Assembly: GCA_913055745.1 (NCBI GenBank) | Contig: CAJXJZ010000002.1 | Coordinates: forward strand, 57,564-121,563 | Source of the DNA: an uncultured bacterium | GTDB lineage: Bacteria > Hydrothermota > Hydrothermia > UBA1063 > CAJXJZ01 | DNA: 64,000 nucleotides | Direction of reading: 5' to 3' | Shown: one piece after another, positions 53,474 through 63,899 of the stretch | Layout of the letters: every line of letters begins with the position of its first letter | Numbering within the stretch: position 1 is the first letter of the stretch | Made by a program: the position numbers and the translations under genes | The notes under the pieces: model-generated | Database searches by the model: none | What the model was told of the DNA's origin: nothing | The model's input: only the letters and a program-made list of their open reading frames with translations

Positions 53474-54595
53474 CTATTCTTTATTCTTGTTTCTTCTCCT
53501 GAAAATAGCAGGCCTTCTGTTCCTTCCTCTACGTTCAGTAACATGAGTTCTTCCCTCATCTGAGAGATCGGGCATTCCCTCATGTTTGGTTTTCTCTTGT
53601 AAAGACTTTTCATTATCTTTCCCCTGTGTTGCTATTATCGTGACTTCAACATCGTAATCTGGCTCTTGGCCATAAGGGAACTTGCCAGTACCAAAAATCA
53701 CTTCCTCATTTTCGTTGTCTATTGCATTTGTCCTTTCTTTTATGTAGTTTATGGCTTCGTTTATTTTTCTAAGTGTCATTTTTTCTGACACACCGGTAAA
53801 GGATACTAAGATGTTTTTTGCATTGATCATAGTACCGTCTTTGATTAGAGGATTATCAATCGCCTGTTTTACAGCATCTAACACAGCGTTTTCACCCTTA
53901 CCTACGCCACTTCCCATTATCGCCCGTCCGCCATTTTTGATGGTTGTTTCAAGGTCTGCAAAGTCCACATTTACATAGCCTACCTGAAAGATTATAGAGG
54001 TTATTCCTCTTACGGCATAATAGAGCATATTGTCTGCAATATGGAATGCCTCTTCATGAGATATATCCTCAGATGCGATTTCCAGAAGTTTCCCGTTCTC
54101 TATTACAAGGAGGGTGTCAACACGGTCTTCAAGTTCTTCTAAGGCACTTAGTGCCTTTTTCATGCGTTTTTTTCCTTCAAATGGGAAAGGTAGTGTCACA
54201 ATGCCGATACTTAGGATACCCATCTGTTTCGCAAGTTCTGCCACAACTGGAATACCACCTGTGCCTGTTCCTCCACCAAGTGTAGCAATAAGTATAAGGA
54301 GATCGGTGCCTTCAAGGGTCTTTTTCATTTTTTCACTGGATGCCTCCATTGCCGTTTTGCCCTTTTCTGGGTCTCCGCCTGCTCCAAGGCCAGTCCCTAA
54401 GATTATTTTCTCATGTGCAAGGGTGACAGACAATGCTTTTTGGTCTGTATTGGCTGCAATTAGATAAGCGTTTTTGAGGTTTTGCTTGTAAATATAAGTT
54501 ATAACATTGGAGCCACCGCCCCCTATGCCCAATACTTTGAGATTTGCTGGTACATTTTGTTCTTCAGGTGTATTTTTCTCATTTACAATAAACAC
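53474..54595 (-). CDS. ftsZ: Cell division GTPase FtsZ
   Basis: Tubulin signature GGGTGTGG (LGGGTGTGGIPV), T7 loop; 373 aa; GTG start. Confidence 0.95.
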   Translation of the reverse strand: MFIVNEKNTPEEQNVPANLKVLGIGGGGSNVITYIYKQNLKNAYLIAANTDQKALSVTLAHEKIILGTGLGAGGDPEKGKTAMEASSEKMKKTLEGTDLLILIATLGGGTGTGGIPVVAELAKQMGILSIGIVTLPFPFEGKKRMKKALSALEELEDRVDTLLVIENGKLLEIASEDISHEEAFHIADNMLYYAVRGITSIIFQVGYVNVDFADLETTIKNGGRAIMGSGVGKGENAVLDAVKQAIDNPLIKDGTMINAKNILVSFTGVSEKMTLRKINEAINYIKERTNAIDNENEEVIFGTGKFPYGQEPDYDVEVTIIATQGKDNEKSLQEKTKHEGMPDLSDEGRTHVTERRGRNRRPAIFRRRNKNKE

Positions 54596-54605
54596 TTTTT
54601 ACCCC

Positions 54606-55871
54606 CTAAATATTAGTTTTAAAAAAGTCTTTGATGTTTTCTATAAACATTTCAAATTTTCCCTCTCTATCAAGTTCACCTATAGGGTCATTTTTTAATT
54701 GTTCATACTTATATTCTACTGCACCCCATAAAGATGCAAAAGAGGGAGTGTTCATATCTTGTGGGACTTTTTTCCATCTCAGACTTCCAATATTACATGG
54801 CAGTTTGAATATCTCTTTACCTACCTCTTTTATACCGGGTAAAAGGCTTGTCCCTCCTGTAAGGACCACGCCTATAGAGATTATGTCAGTTGTAATATTG
54901 CCCTTTCTATCAGCATAAAATAAGTGGTTTTTTCTAAGTTCATCTCGTACCTCAAGAAAAATATCTTCAACTCTGGCCCTGATTATGTCGGCGAGTTCTT
55001 TTTTGCTTACGACTTTTTTATCACCATCAAATACTTCAATAGGAATTGTAGATTTCTTGTCTACTGTTTCTGTATCACAGGTACCGTGTTGGAGTTTTAA
55101 TTTCTCAGCATCACTTTTTCTAAGGTGTAATACCTGTGCAATATCGTTAGTAATGTCTTGTCCACCTGTTTCCAATGTCTTTGTAAAAATGAGGGTACCT
55201 TCTTCCCAAACAGCGATATCAGTTGTATCTTTGCCTATATCTATCAAAATAACTCCTGTGTCTCTATCTTCATTAATGAGAGCACCGTAAGATGCCATTA
55301 TTGGTTGGTAAAGGTACTCTTTCGCTCTGATGTTAGAAGAAAGCAAGGCTATTTCAATATTACCAAGATGCGTAGTATCAGCAGTTAAGACAAATGCATC
55401 CACCTCAAGCCTCACACCCATCATATTGTAAGGCTTTTTAACAGGTTTATCATTTACATAGTAGGCACTGGGAAAGATTGATACAATTTCTTCCTCCTTG
55501 GGAAGGTGTATCTCCTTAGCCTGTTTTAGTGCGTTTTCTACATGTTTTCTACTTATTAGGCGTTCTTTGTGGTTGTTCTCTCCGATGGTGGTGATGCCTT
55601 TTGAGGGCCTGTTTTGGAGATGACTTCCTGTTATTAGGACACTGGCTGATTTTGGCATTTTCACGCCCTTTACCTTTAGTCTCCTTAGGAGTCTCTTAAT
55701 AGAGGTTTTTGTTTCATCTATGCTTACGACAACTCCGGCTGATATACCTGTCGTAGGTTCAAATCCTGATGAATGTATAATCATATCACGGTCTTTAATC
55801 TCCCCTAAAACACCGGATATTTTGCTTGACCCAATTTCTATTAAAAGAAAAGGTTCTCCTTTTCTTCCCAT
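54606..55871 (-). CDS. ftsA: Cell division protein FtsA
   Basis: Actin-like ATPase fold, position between murB and ftsZ; 421 aa. Confidence 0.9.
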   Translation of the reverse strand: MGRKGEPFLLIEIGSSKISGVLGEIKDRDMIIHSSGFEPTTGISAGVVVSIDETKTSIKRLLRRLKVKGVKMPKSASVLITGSHLQNRPSKGITTIGENNHKERLISRKHVENALKQAKEIHLPKEEEIVSIFPSAYYVNDKPVKKPYNMMGVRLEVDAFVLTADTTHLGNIEIALLSSNIRAKEYLYQPIMASYGALINEDRDTGVILIDIGKDTTDIAVWEEGTLIFTKTLETGGQDITNDIAQVLHLRKSDAEKLKLQHGTCDTETVDKKSTIPIEVFDGDKKVVSKKELADIIRARVEDIFLEVRDELRKNHLFYADRKGNITTDIISIGVVLTGGTSLLPGIKEVGKEIFKLPCNIGSLRWKKVPQDMNTPSFASLWGAVEYKYEQLKNDPIGELDREGKFEMFIENIKDFFKTNI

Positions 55872-55873
55872 GG

Positions 55874-56728
55874 CTAATCACTCCTTAAAATTATAACTTC
55901 AGGCTCAAGTTTAATCCCGAACCTTTTATACACTGCGCTTTTTGCTGTGTTCATAAGTGATATTATATCCAAGAAAGTGGCCCTATTGGTGTTAACTATA
56001 AAATTTGCGTGCTTTTCTGATATCTTTGCATCACCTATCTGATACCCTTTGAGATTACATCTTTCAATGAGATATCCTGCGCTATTTGCATCTGGATTTT
56101 TAAACACAGAGCCAAATGTCCTTTGACCCACAGGCTGTGTTCTCCTCCTTTGTTCTTTCACCTCTTGTATTTTTTGCATTATTCTTGAAGTACTACCCTT
56201 TGCAAGGCGTAGGTTTACCTCTGTGATTATCCAATCTCTTTTTATGTTTGTATTTCTGTATGAAAAAACGAGGTCCCTTGTTCCCAGTCTCCTAAATCTT
56301 CTGCCATCAAAAATCTCAATCTCAGATACTACCTCACCTATCTCTTTTCCAAAAGAGCCTGCATTCATCATTACAGCCCCACCGATCTCACCAGGAATTT
56401 CTGCGAGTTCTTCTATGCCAGAGAGACCTTCCTTTATTAGCACATTAATGAGCCTTGGTAGTTTGAAGGATGAGGATACCCTTACCCGGGTTCCTTCTAT
56501 GTTCAAGAAAGCATAAGTTAACTTAATTATGGCTATATTCAGGTCTTTGTCATCAATAAGTAGGTTTGACCCACCTCCCATTACAAAGTACGAAAGTCCC
56601 TTTTCTTTTATGAAATCCAATGCCTTTTTAAGTTCTTCTTTTAGTTCTATTTCAATGAAATACCGTGCTCTACCACCTACCTTTATGGTGGTATACCTAG
56701 ACAATTTAATTTCCTGTTTAATCTTCAT
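55874..56728 (-). CDS. murB: UDP-N-acetylenolpyruvoylglucosamine reductase
   Basis: FAD-binding domain (VMGGGSNLL), 284 aa, dcw position. Confidence 0.9.
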   Translation of the reverse strand: MKIKQEIKLSRYTTIKVGGRARYFIEIELKEELKKALDFIKEKGLSYFVMGGGSNLLIDDKDLNIAIIKLTYAFLNIEGTRVRVSSSFKLPRLINVLIKEGLSGIEELAEIPGEIGGAVMMNAGSFGKEIGEVVSEIEIFDGRRFRRLGTRDLVFSYRNTNIKRDWIITEVNLRLAKGSTSRIMQKIQEVKEQRRRTQPVGQRTFGSVFKNPDANSAGYLIERCNLKGYQIGDAKISEKHANFIVNTNRATFLDIISLMNTAKSAVYKRFGIKLEPEVIILRSD

Positions 56729-58091
56729 TTAGAAAGCGCTCACCTATTTTATATACATTACCTGCACCTTGGGTTAAAAGCAGGTCTCCTTTTTTTATTT
56801 CCTTTTTCAACTCCTTAAGGCACCCCTCTTGTGAATTTAGCATTTTCACATGCTTATGCCCGGCTCTCTTTACAGCATTGTATATAAGTTCATGCGTTAT
56901 CCCTTCAATAGGCCTTTCACCTGCAGGGTATATGGGAAGGATATAAACAAGGTCACTATCCATAAATGCAGGTCCAAATTTCTCATAGAGGTCGCGTGTT
57001 CTTGTGTACCTGTGTGGTTGGAACACGACCACAATCCTTCCCTTCCAAAAGTTTTTTATAGCATTTAATGTTGTAATAATTTCTGTTGGATGGTGTCCAT
57101 AGTCATCTATTACTAAGATGCCATTTTTTTCTCCCTTTACCTCAAGTCTCCTTTTTACTCCTTTGAAATGCTCAAGACCTTCAATTACCTTATTTATAGG
57201 AATATTCAGTTCAATGGCAACAGCAATTGCTGTAAGTGAGTTTACCACATTGTGTATACCTGGAATATTTAGGTGAACCCTGCCAATGTTTTTAGAACCA
57301 ATGTAAAGGCTATAAGAAGAAGAAAAACCTTCTAATTTAATGTCTTCTGCCCGTATCTCAGCCTGTCTTGATATGCCGTATGTGATCTTTTTTCGCTCAA
57401 TTAAAGGAAGGATGCTTGTATTGGTCTCCCAGTCAAGGTTGATTATGCAAGACCCATAAAAGGGTACTTTATTGGCAAATTCTACAAAAGCCTGCTTAAT
57501 ATGTTCTAAGTTGCCGTAGGTATCCACATGCTCAAGGTCTATATTGGTTATGACAGCTATGGTAGGGAATAATTTGAGGAAGGACATATCAGATTCATCA
57601 GCCTCTGCAACGAGAAAATTGCTTTTTCCTACTCGTGCACCACTCTGCGCACCCATCACCTTCCCACCCACTATTACAGTGGGGTCAAGGCCTGCATGTG
57701 TCAAAACCTCACCAAGCATAGATGTGGTGGTTGTTTTACCGTGTGCACCTGATACGGCAATTGAATATTTCATTCTCATGAGTTCTGCCAGCATTTCTGC
57801 CCTTTTTATCACAGGAATCTGCATCTCTCTTGCGGTTTTTACCTCAATGTTATCTTCTTTTATAGCACTTGATATAACCATTACATCGGCCATATTGACA
57901 TTTTCAGGTTTATGTCCTATGAAGATTTTGATGCCTATGGACCTAAGATAATCTATTACTTCACTTTCCTGTATATCAGAGCCTGTTATTTCAAATCCAA
58001 GATTGTGTAGTATCTCTGCAATACCGCTCATCCCGGCACCACCAATGCCAACAAAGTGTATCTTTTTATACTTTCCCCAAATCATGTTCAA
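56718..58091 (-). CDS. murC: UDP-N-acetylmuramate--L-alanine ligase
   Basis: N-terminal HFVGIGGAGMSG, P-loop GAHGKTTTT; 457 aa. Confidence 0.9.
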   Translation of the reverse strand: MNMIWGKYKKIHFVGIGGAGMSGIAEILHNLGFEITGSDIQESEVIDYLRSIGIKIFIGHKPENVNMADVMVISSAIKEDNIEVKTAREMQIPVIKRAEMLAELMRMKYSIAVSGAHGKTTTTSMLGEVLTHAGLDPTVIVGGKVMGAQSGARVGKSNFLVAEADESDMSFLKLFPTIAVITNIDLEHVDTYGNLEHIKQAFVEFANKVPFYGSCIINLDWETNTSILPLIERKKITYGISRQAEIRAEDIKLEGFSSSYSLYIGSKNIGRVHLNIPGIHNVVNSLTAIAVAIELNIPINKVIEGLEHFKGVKRRLEVKGEKNGILVIDDYGHHPTEIITTLNAIKNFWKGRIVVVFQPHRYTRTRDLYEKFGPAFMDSDLVYILPIYPAGERPIEGITHELIYNAVKRAGHKHVKMLNSQEGCLKELKKEIKKGDLLLTQGAGNVYKIGERFLNED

Positions 58092-59121
58092 TCTCCTTCA
58101 ATATTATATCTTCTGCATTATGTGGAAAGAGTTCTCCAAGTTTTTTCCCTATACTTGGTGCATGTTGCTCTAAGGTATCCAAGGCCTCTTTCAGCGTCTT
58201 TTCATTCAGTTCACCCTCATTTATTAAAAGGCCTGCACCATGCTCTTTTACATATAGAGCATTATAGTACTGGTGATTATCCTGTGCATACGGGAATGGA
58301 ACGAATATGACAGGTTTTTTGTGATAAGAGAGTTCATATATAGTTCCTGCGCCTGCCCTTGCAATTATATAATCTGCAGCGCTGTATAAAATGCCTGGTT
58401 TTGGATGAAATGGAATAAGATAATGGTTTTCTCTACGCTCACCAAATACTGATGAAAGATTTTTATGATGCCTTCCTGTTTGAACAATAAAAAAGAATGT
58501 TGGAAATTTAATGGATAGTTTAAGGATTTTTTCTGCGAATCGGTATGCACCAAGGCTACCTCCCAAAACAAGGATAACTTTATCATGGGTTCTTATACCT
58601 AAGGATTTTTTGGCATCTTTTTTGCAAAGTGTGGTCTTTGCCTCTTCTCTTATGGGGTTTCCAGAGAATACTGAAGGCCCTTGTAGATAACTTTCGCTAT
58701 CTGGAAAACTTATGAATGTTTTTGTCTTTCGTTTTGAGAAAAACCTTGTAACTCTCCCAGGTATGGAGTTTTGTTCAAGCATATATGTTTTAATGCCCTT
58801 TAATCTCGCCGCCAGGAGAATAGAGAAAGAGGCAAAACTACCTGTTCCTATAACAAAATCTGTATGTTTAAGGATGAAAAATCCCTTAATGAGCAGTATG
58901 AAAAGTTGTATAGCATGCCAAAGTCGCTTTAATATATTGCCACTTAGGGGTGAATTAGCGCTATAATACCTTGTTGTGATACCTGGCGCGGGAAGTTTGC
59001 CCATTTTGTTTCCAACAATAATGTACTCTATCTGGTATCCAGACTTTTCAAATACCCTTCCTATGGCTATTGCAGGAAATATATGACCACCTGTTCCTCC
59101 TGTTAATATCACTCCCTTCAT
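58066..59121 (-). CDS. murG: Undecaprenyl-PP-MurNAc-pentapeptide-UDPGlcNAc GlcNAc transferase
   Basis: N-terminal LTGGTGGHIFPAIAI motif; GT28; 351 aa. Confidence 0.9.
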   Translation of the reverse strand: MKGVILTGGTGGHIFPAIAIGRVFEKSGYQIEYIIVGNKMGKLPAPGITTRYYSANSPLSGNILKRLWHAIQLFILLIKGFFILKHTDFVIGTGSFASFSILLAARLKGIKTYMLEQNSIPGRVTRFFSKRKTKTFISFPDSESYLQGPSVFSGNPIREEAKTTLCKKDAKKSLGIRTHDKVILVLGGSLGAYRFAEKILKLSIKFPTFFFIVQTGRHHKNLSSVFGERRENHYLIPFHPKPGILYSAADYIIARAGAGTIYELSYHKKPVIFVPFPYAQDNHQYYNALYVKEHGAGLLINEGELNEKTLKEALDTLEQHAPSIGKKLGELFPHNAEDIILKEIEHDLGKV

Positions 59122-60218
59122 AACTCTATCCCTTCCTCTATTTCATACGATAACCTCAATAATACGCCAGCAAGAAACATATGAACAAGTATTGCAAGTT
59201 TACCATAACTAACAAAAGGTAATACCACACCTGTTGGTGGTATTACCCCTGTGTTTATACCCACATGTAGAGCTGCCTCAAGTGAGAGCAAAAATGTGAT
59301 ACCAACCGCTAAGCTAGATTTGTAAGTGGATAGTATATGCCTTTTTGCAATGCGGAAGCCCTGAACAGTAATAACAATGAAAAGGAGGATGATGCCTACG
59401 CTCCCTATTAAACCAAATTCCTCTGCAATTAATGCGTATATAAAGTCATTGCTTATTTCTGGGAGATAGTTGTATTTTGCAAGGCCTTTGCCTGGTCCCT
59501 TGCCGAGGACATGACCATTGGCAATGGCTATTTTTGCCTGTTCTACTTGATACAGCTCAGAATTTTGCCCTTTTCCCATTTTCCCAAGTATCCTGTTTTT
59601 TGCGTGAGGGTATGAGAATACCAATAATGCAAAAATCGCTCCCCCGAGCACTATTGTGGCTATAACGTAACGTACTCTTGTACCTGCAAAAAAAATCATT
59701 GCAAATGCAGTGGCAAAAATAACAAATGCAGCTGAGATACTGGGTTCAATGGCAACAAGTAGACTTGTTAAAGCCGCTATAATAGTTAATTTAATAAAGG
59801 TCTTTAACCCTTTGAGGCTATCTTCCCATTCATCCAAAAGGTCGGCAAGAAATAAGATAATAGAGGCCTTTGCAAGTTCAGAAATCTGAACCTTGAAGTG
59901 CCAGATCTTAAGCCATCGTTTTGCGTGATTGATTGTTGTGCCTTTTATGAGCACAAGTATAAGAAGCAAAATAGTAGTCACAAAAAGAGGTCTTGTTATC
60001 ACTCTCCAATAATCTGTTTTAATGGCCATACCAATGAACAGGGCTATTGTTCCAATAGAAAGGGTTAAAATAGCCTGCGTTGTAAAAAACGCGCTCTTAG
60101 AATAAAAAGTGGATGAATATAGTGCTGCCATACCAAAGGATATAAGAAAGGCTATTGCAGTAAAAAGTGTAATATCTATCCTTTTACGCTCTCTTCTTAA
60201 CACTTCTTCTGAAATCAT
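59118..60218 (-). CDS. ftsW: Lipid II flippase / SEDS family FtsW
   Basis: SEDS 10-TM pattern; start taken at ATG 60216-60218 (GGAGAGAGGAG RBS) rather than track's upstream 60287. Confidence 0.85.
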   Translation of the reverse strand: MISEEVLRRERKRIDITLFTAIAFLISFGMAALYSSTFYSKSAFFTTQAILTLSIGTIALFIGMAIKTDYWRVITRPLFVTTILLLILVLIKGTTINHAKRWLKIWHFKVQISELAKASIILFLADLLDEWEDSLKGLKTFIKLTIIAALTSLLVAIEPSISAAFVIFATAFAMIFFAGTRVRYVIATIVLGGAIFALLVFSYPHAKNRILGKMGKGQNSELYQVEQAKIAIANGHVLGKGPGKGLAKYNYLPEISNDFIYALIAEEFGLIGSVGIILLFIVITVQGFRIAKRHILSTYKSSLAVGITFLLSLEAALHVGINTGVIPPTGVVLPFVSYGKLAILVHMFLAGVLLRLSYEIEEGIEL

Positions 60219-61494
60219 CTCCTCTCTCCTTGTAGTTTTTATACATGTCATAACTTGAACATCCAGGCGATAAAAGCACCGTATCACCTTCTCTGCCGTA
60301 TTTGAGCGCGATATCTATCACCTCATCCATAGAGTTTGCCAAATAAATAGGTTTTGTACCACTAAGTTCCCTTATAATACGCGGCCTTGCCTCTCCAATG
60401 GCAATTATAAACCTTGCCCTTTTTTTAATATCATCTCTGAGTATACCAAAGGACAGGTTTTTGTCCTCTCCTCCTAAAATCAATATAACATTTTTTTCAA
60501 ATCCCTTAAGTGCCCATAGAACTGCGTGAGGGTTTGTGCCCTTTGAATCATTGTAAAACTTTATTCCGTTTATTTCGCCTATATACTCTATTCTATGGGG
60601 AAGGCCCTTAAATGTTCTAAGTACCCTCCGAATAATATCCATATCTTTATGGTATAGATACGATGCAACAGAGGCGAATAAAGCGTTGTAGATGTTATGC
60701 AGGCCTCTTATTTGCATCTCATCGCTATCTATAATAGGTACAGGCTTTTCTATATTTAGATAGAGCGTCTTGCCCTGGTAAAAAGCACCTTTTACCTTTT
60801 TTTCAATGCTCACAAAGAAAACTCTACTTTTTGCTTTGTCTTTAAAACTCCTTGTGTTTTTGTCATCATAGTTTAAGATAAGGACATCAGAAGGTGTCTG
60901 GTTCATGAAAATCTTACTCTTGGCGTATTTATATTCCTCAAATGATTTATGCCAATCAAGATGGTCTTCCTCAAGGTTTAGAATCATGCCTATATCAGGT
61001 CGGAAGGTGTCAATGGTCATAAGTTGAAAACTTGATGTCTCTACCACGAATGTACCACTTTTCCCTGCATATTCAGAAAGTGGTATCCCTACATTCCCTG
61101 CCTTTTTTGACCCTTTTATCATCTCGTGGATAAGGTTTGTTGTGGTGGTTTTTCCATTTGTCCCTGTTATAGCAATATATGTCCCATCTGTTAATCTATA
61201 TCCCAGTTCAAGTTCAGATATAAGGGGTATTTTGATAGAAATAAGCCTTTTTATAAGAGGATTGTGTATACAAACAGATGGAGAGAGCACGACCATATCA
61301 TTTTGAAAGATCCGAGATGTGTGCCCATATTCTTCTATGTCTATTTGCTCCAAGTGATGTCTAATTTTCCCTCTGTCAGATAAAAGCACCTTTGCTCCCA
61401 TTCTTAAAAGGGCAGAACTTGCTGCAATACCTGACCTTCCCGCACCAAGAACAGCGATTTTTTTACTTCCAATAGACTGTTTAAATCCTATCAT
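60184..61494 (-). CDS. murD: UDP-N-acetylmuramoylalanine--D-glutamate ligase
   Basis: KIAVLGAGRSGIAA N-term, P-loop GTNGKTTTT; start at ATG 61492-61494 (ATGA overlap with mraY stop). Confidence 0.9.
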   Translation of the reverse strand: MIGFKQSIGSKKIAVLGAGRSGIAASSALLRMGAKVLLSDRGKIRHHLEQIDIEEYGHTSRIFQNDMVVLSPSVCIHNPLIKRLISIKIPLISELELGYRLTDGTYIAITGTNGKTTTTNLIHEMIKGSKKAGNVGIPLSEYAGKSGTFVVETSSFQLMTIDTFRPDIGMILNLEEDHLDWHKSFEEYKYAKSKIFMNQTPSDVLILNYDDKNTRSFKDKAKSRVFFVSIEKKVKGAFYQGKTLYLNIEKPVPIIDSDEMQIRGLHNIYNALFASVASYLYHKDMDIIRRVLRTFKGLPHRIEYIGEINGIKFYNDSKGTNPHAVLWALKGFEKNVILILGGEDKNLSFGILRDDIKKRARFIIAIGEARPRIIRELSGTKPIYLANSMDEVIDIALKYGREGDTVLLSPGCSSYDMYKNYKERGDDFRRSVKKRA

Positions 61495-62570
61495 CTTATC
61501 TTTATTAAGGTTAATGCCATAATAGATGAAAGAAGGGACAAGATACACATTCTTGTAACTATCTTAGGTTCTTTCCATCCAAGATGCTCAAAATGATGAT
61601 GAATGGGTGCCCTTTTGAAGAACCTCCGTGTACCGCCGCTCCTGCGAAAGACATATACTTGAATAATTACAGAGAGTGCCTCTACGAAGAACACAAAACC
61701 TGCTATGGGAAGGAGTAATTCTTGCTTTGTTAGGATGGACATAATCGCAAGTGCACCTCCTAAGCCTTGTGAGCCTGTATCGCCCATAAAAATCTCTGCT
61801 GGGTAGGCATTGTACCATAAAAAGCCGAGTATGGCTCCTGCAATAGAACTTCCGAATATAGCAAGTTCACCTATCTCGTTTATTTTCATAAGATGTAAAT
61901 ATGCTGCAAGTACCTTGTGTCCCTCAAAATAAGCAAGGAGAATAAATACCCCAATTACAGGGATTAAGGTACTTGCTGCAAGCCCATCAAGCCCATCCGT
62001 TAGATTTACAGAGTTTGTAGTGCCTACAAAGACAAACATAACGAAGAGGATGTAGAATATGCCAAAATCAAGGTTTATGTTTTTAAAGGATAAAAACTGG
62101 GTTTTTGTCACGATATTGGATGGGTACATCTTATAAAGCGATAGAACCACAATGCCTGATAGAACAAATTGGAAGATAAGTTTTGTCCTGATTGATAGTC
62201 CTTTTTTCTCTTTGCCTTTTAGTTTTACTATATCATCATAAAGTCCCATCAATGCCATGTACAATGTTACAAAGATGGCAACATATACATACATAACATT
62301 GAGTTTTGCCCAGAGTAAAGTGGCAATGATACTGGATGTTAGAAGAACTATGCCACCTGAAGTTGATGTTCCGCTTTTTTGTTGATGGGATTTTGGTACC
62401 CTGTCCGATATCCTTTCTTTCATCAAAGGATGTTTTATTAAGTAAGGAGTAAATATCAAGGTAAGAAGAAGTGCTGTTATGAATGCTCCACCACTACGCG
62501 TAGTAATGTATCTGAAGATATTGAAGAAAGAAACATGTGATTTTAACGGGTATAGAATATAGTAAAGCAT
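61491..62570 (-). CDS. mraY: Phospho-N-acetylmuramoyl-pentapeptide transferase
   Basis: Polyprenyl-phosphate N-acetylhexosamine-1-P transferase motifs (…NLTDGLDGLA…); 359 aa. Confidence 0.95.
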   Translation of the reverse strand: MLYYILYPLKSHVSFFNIFRYITTRSGGAFITALLLTLIFTPYLIKHPLMKERISDRVPKSHQQKSGTSTSGGIVLLTSSIIATLLWAKLNVMYVYVAIFVTLYMALMGLYDDIVKLKGKEKKGLSIRTKLIFQFVLSGIVVLSLYKMYPSNIVTKTQFLSFKNINLDFGIFYILFVMFVFVGTTNSVNLTDGLDGLAASTLIPVIGVFILLAYFEGHKVLAAYLHLMKINEIGELAIFGSSIAGAILGFLWYNAYPAEIFMGDTGSQGLGGALAIMSILTKQELLLPIAGFVFFVEALSVIIQVYVFRRSGGTRRFFKRAPIHHHFEHLGWKEPKIVTRMCILSLLSSIMALTLIKIR

Positions 62571-63899
62571 TTAGAGGTGCTCCTTCAATTTCTCTATGAC
62601 ACGCTCAAGTGCCATCTTTCTTGAGCCTTTAACAAAAATTATACCTTCTTTATGTTCTGTGAGTTTTTCCACGAGGTCTTCAATATCTTCAAAAAATCTC
62701 TTTGTCTTTAACCTATATGCACCCTTTATATACTCCTTTCCCAACTCTCCAGTGGCATATAGGATGGCACAAGGGATATTTTCTGCAAGGTATCTGCCTA
62801 TATTTTCATGCAGCATGGGCCCCTTTGGACCGAGTTCAAGCATGTCTCCAAAAACGAAGATCTTCTCTTTCTTAGTATTAAGGTCTTTTGCTGTATCTAT
62901 TAAAGCCTTCATGGATTCAGGATTTGCGTTATATGCATCGTTTATAATAGTGAATTTCCCTATCTTTGACACCTCAAATCTCATGGGGGATGGAGTAAGT
63001 TTTTTAACTTCATCTTTCATATCATCTATAGGGACACCTAAGATCTTTGCAAGTTTTATGGCACCTGTGAGGTTAGTAATAATGTGTTTGCCTAAGAGTC
63101 GTGTTGTGTAGGTCTCTTTTTCTATTTCAAAAACTGTTTTCTCAGCATCCATTTCTATGATCTTTGGCGTATCGTAGTATATAACCCTCACCATCTTAGG
63201 AATGGCAGATTCAAAAAAATCAAGAAAAGGTGTATTTTTATTCAGAACAGCAATATCAAACATCTTAAGTGCCTTAAAGAGTTTTGCCTTTTCTATAGCA
63301 ACCTCTTCTTCTGTGTGTAAAAACTCAAGATGTGATTTTCCGACCTTTGTAAGTAGTGCAATATCAGGTGGAGCGATGGATATAAGATAGTCCATTTCAT
63401 AGGGCCTGCTTATACCGTATTCAAGAACAAGAAAATCGTCGTCTTCGTGGGCATTTAGGATGGAAAGTGGAAGGCCGATAAATCCATTTTGGCTTTTTTG
63501 AGTCTTTGACACCTTGTATTTTAACGAAAGCAATCTATGAAGAATATCCTTTGTTGTTGTTTTACCAACAGAACCTGTTATCCCTATTATCTTTGCTCTA
63601 AGTCTTGTAAGGTATGATTTTGCGAGTCGGCCCATTGCCATTACAGGCTCATCAACGAGTATAGAAGGCACGTCCTGTGTCTTTTTAAATTCAGGCACAA
63701 CAGCACATACCGCGCCTCTTTCTACAGCGTCTTTTGAAAATGTGGCACCATCAAAACGTTCTCCCCTTATCCCAAAAAACAGATCACCCTGTTTCACAGT
63801 TCTTGAATCAATTGAAATGCCATTTATGACCTCATTTCCTTTTAATCTGTAAAGTTTTCCTCCCATTATTCTTGCCGCTTCCTCTGTTATGTATTTCAT
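62571..63899 (-). CDS. murF: UDP-MurNAc-tripeptide--D-Ala-D-Ala ligase
   Basis: Mur ligase P-loop GITGSVGKTTTK; 442 aa. Confidence 0.9.
   Translation of the reverse strand: MKYITEEAARIMGGKLYRLKGNEVINGISIDSRTVKQGDLFFGIRGERFDGATFSKDAVERGAVCAVVPEFKKTQDVPSILVDEPVMAMGRLAKSYLTRLRAKIIGITGSVGKTTTKDILHRLLSLKYKVSKTQKSQNGFIGLPLSILNAHEDDDFLVLEYGISRPYEMDYLISIAPPDIALLTKVGKSHLEFLHTEEEVAIEKAKLFKALKMFDIAVLNKNTPFLDFFESAIPKMVRVIYYDTPKIIEMDAEKTVFEIEKETYTTRLLGKHIITNLTGAIKLAKILGVPIDDMKDEVKKLTPSPMRFEVSKIGKFTIINDAYNANPESMKALIDTAKDLNTKKEKIFVFGDMLELGPKGPMLHENIGRYLAENIPCAILYATGELGKEYIKGAYRLKTKRFFEDIEDLVEKLTEHKEGIIFVKGSRKMALERVIEKLKEHL

Noticed and set aside
59118-60287. Long 389-aa ftsW ORF starting at 60287 (MIRCFYRLDVQV…)
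   Set aside because: The first ~23 codons overlap murD by about 100 nt and lack an RBS. An internal ATG at 60216-60218 has a strong GGAGAGAGGAG RBS and gives a normal SEDS N-terminus, so the shorter model was used.
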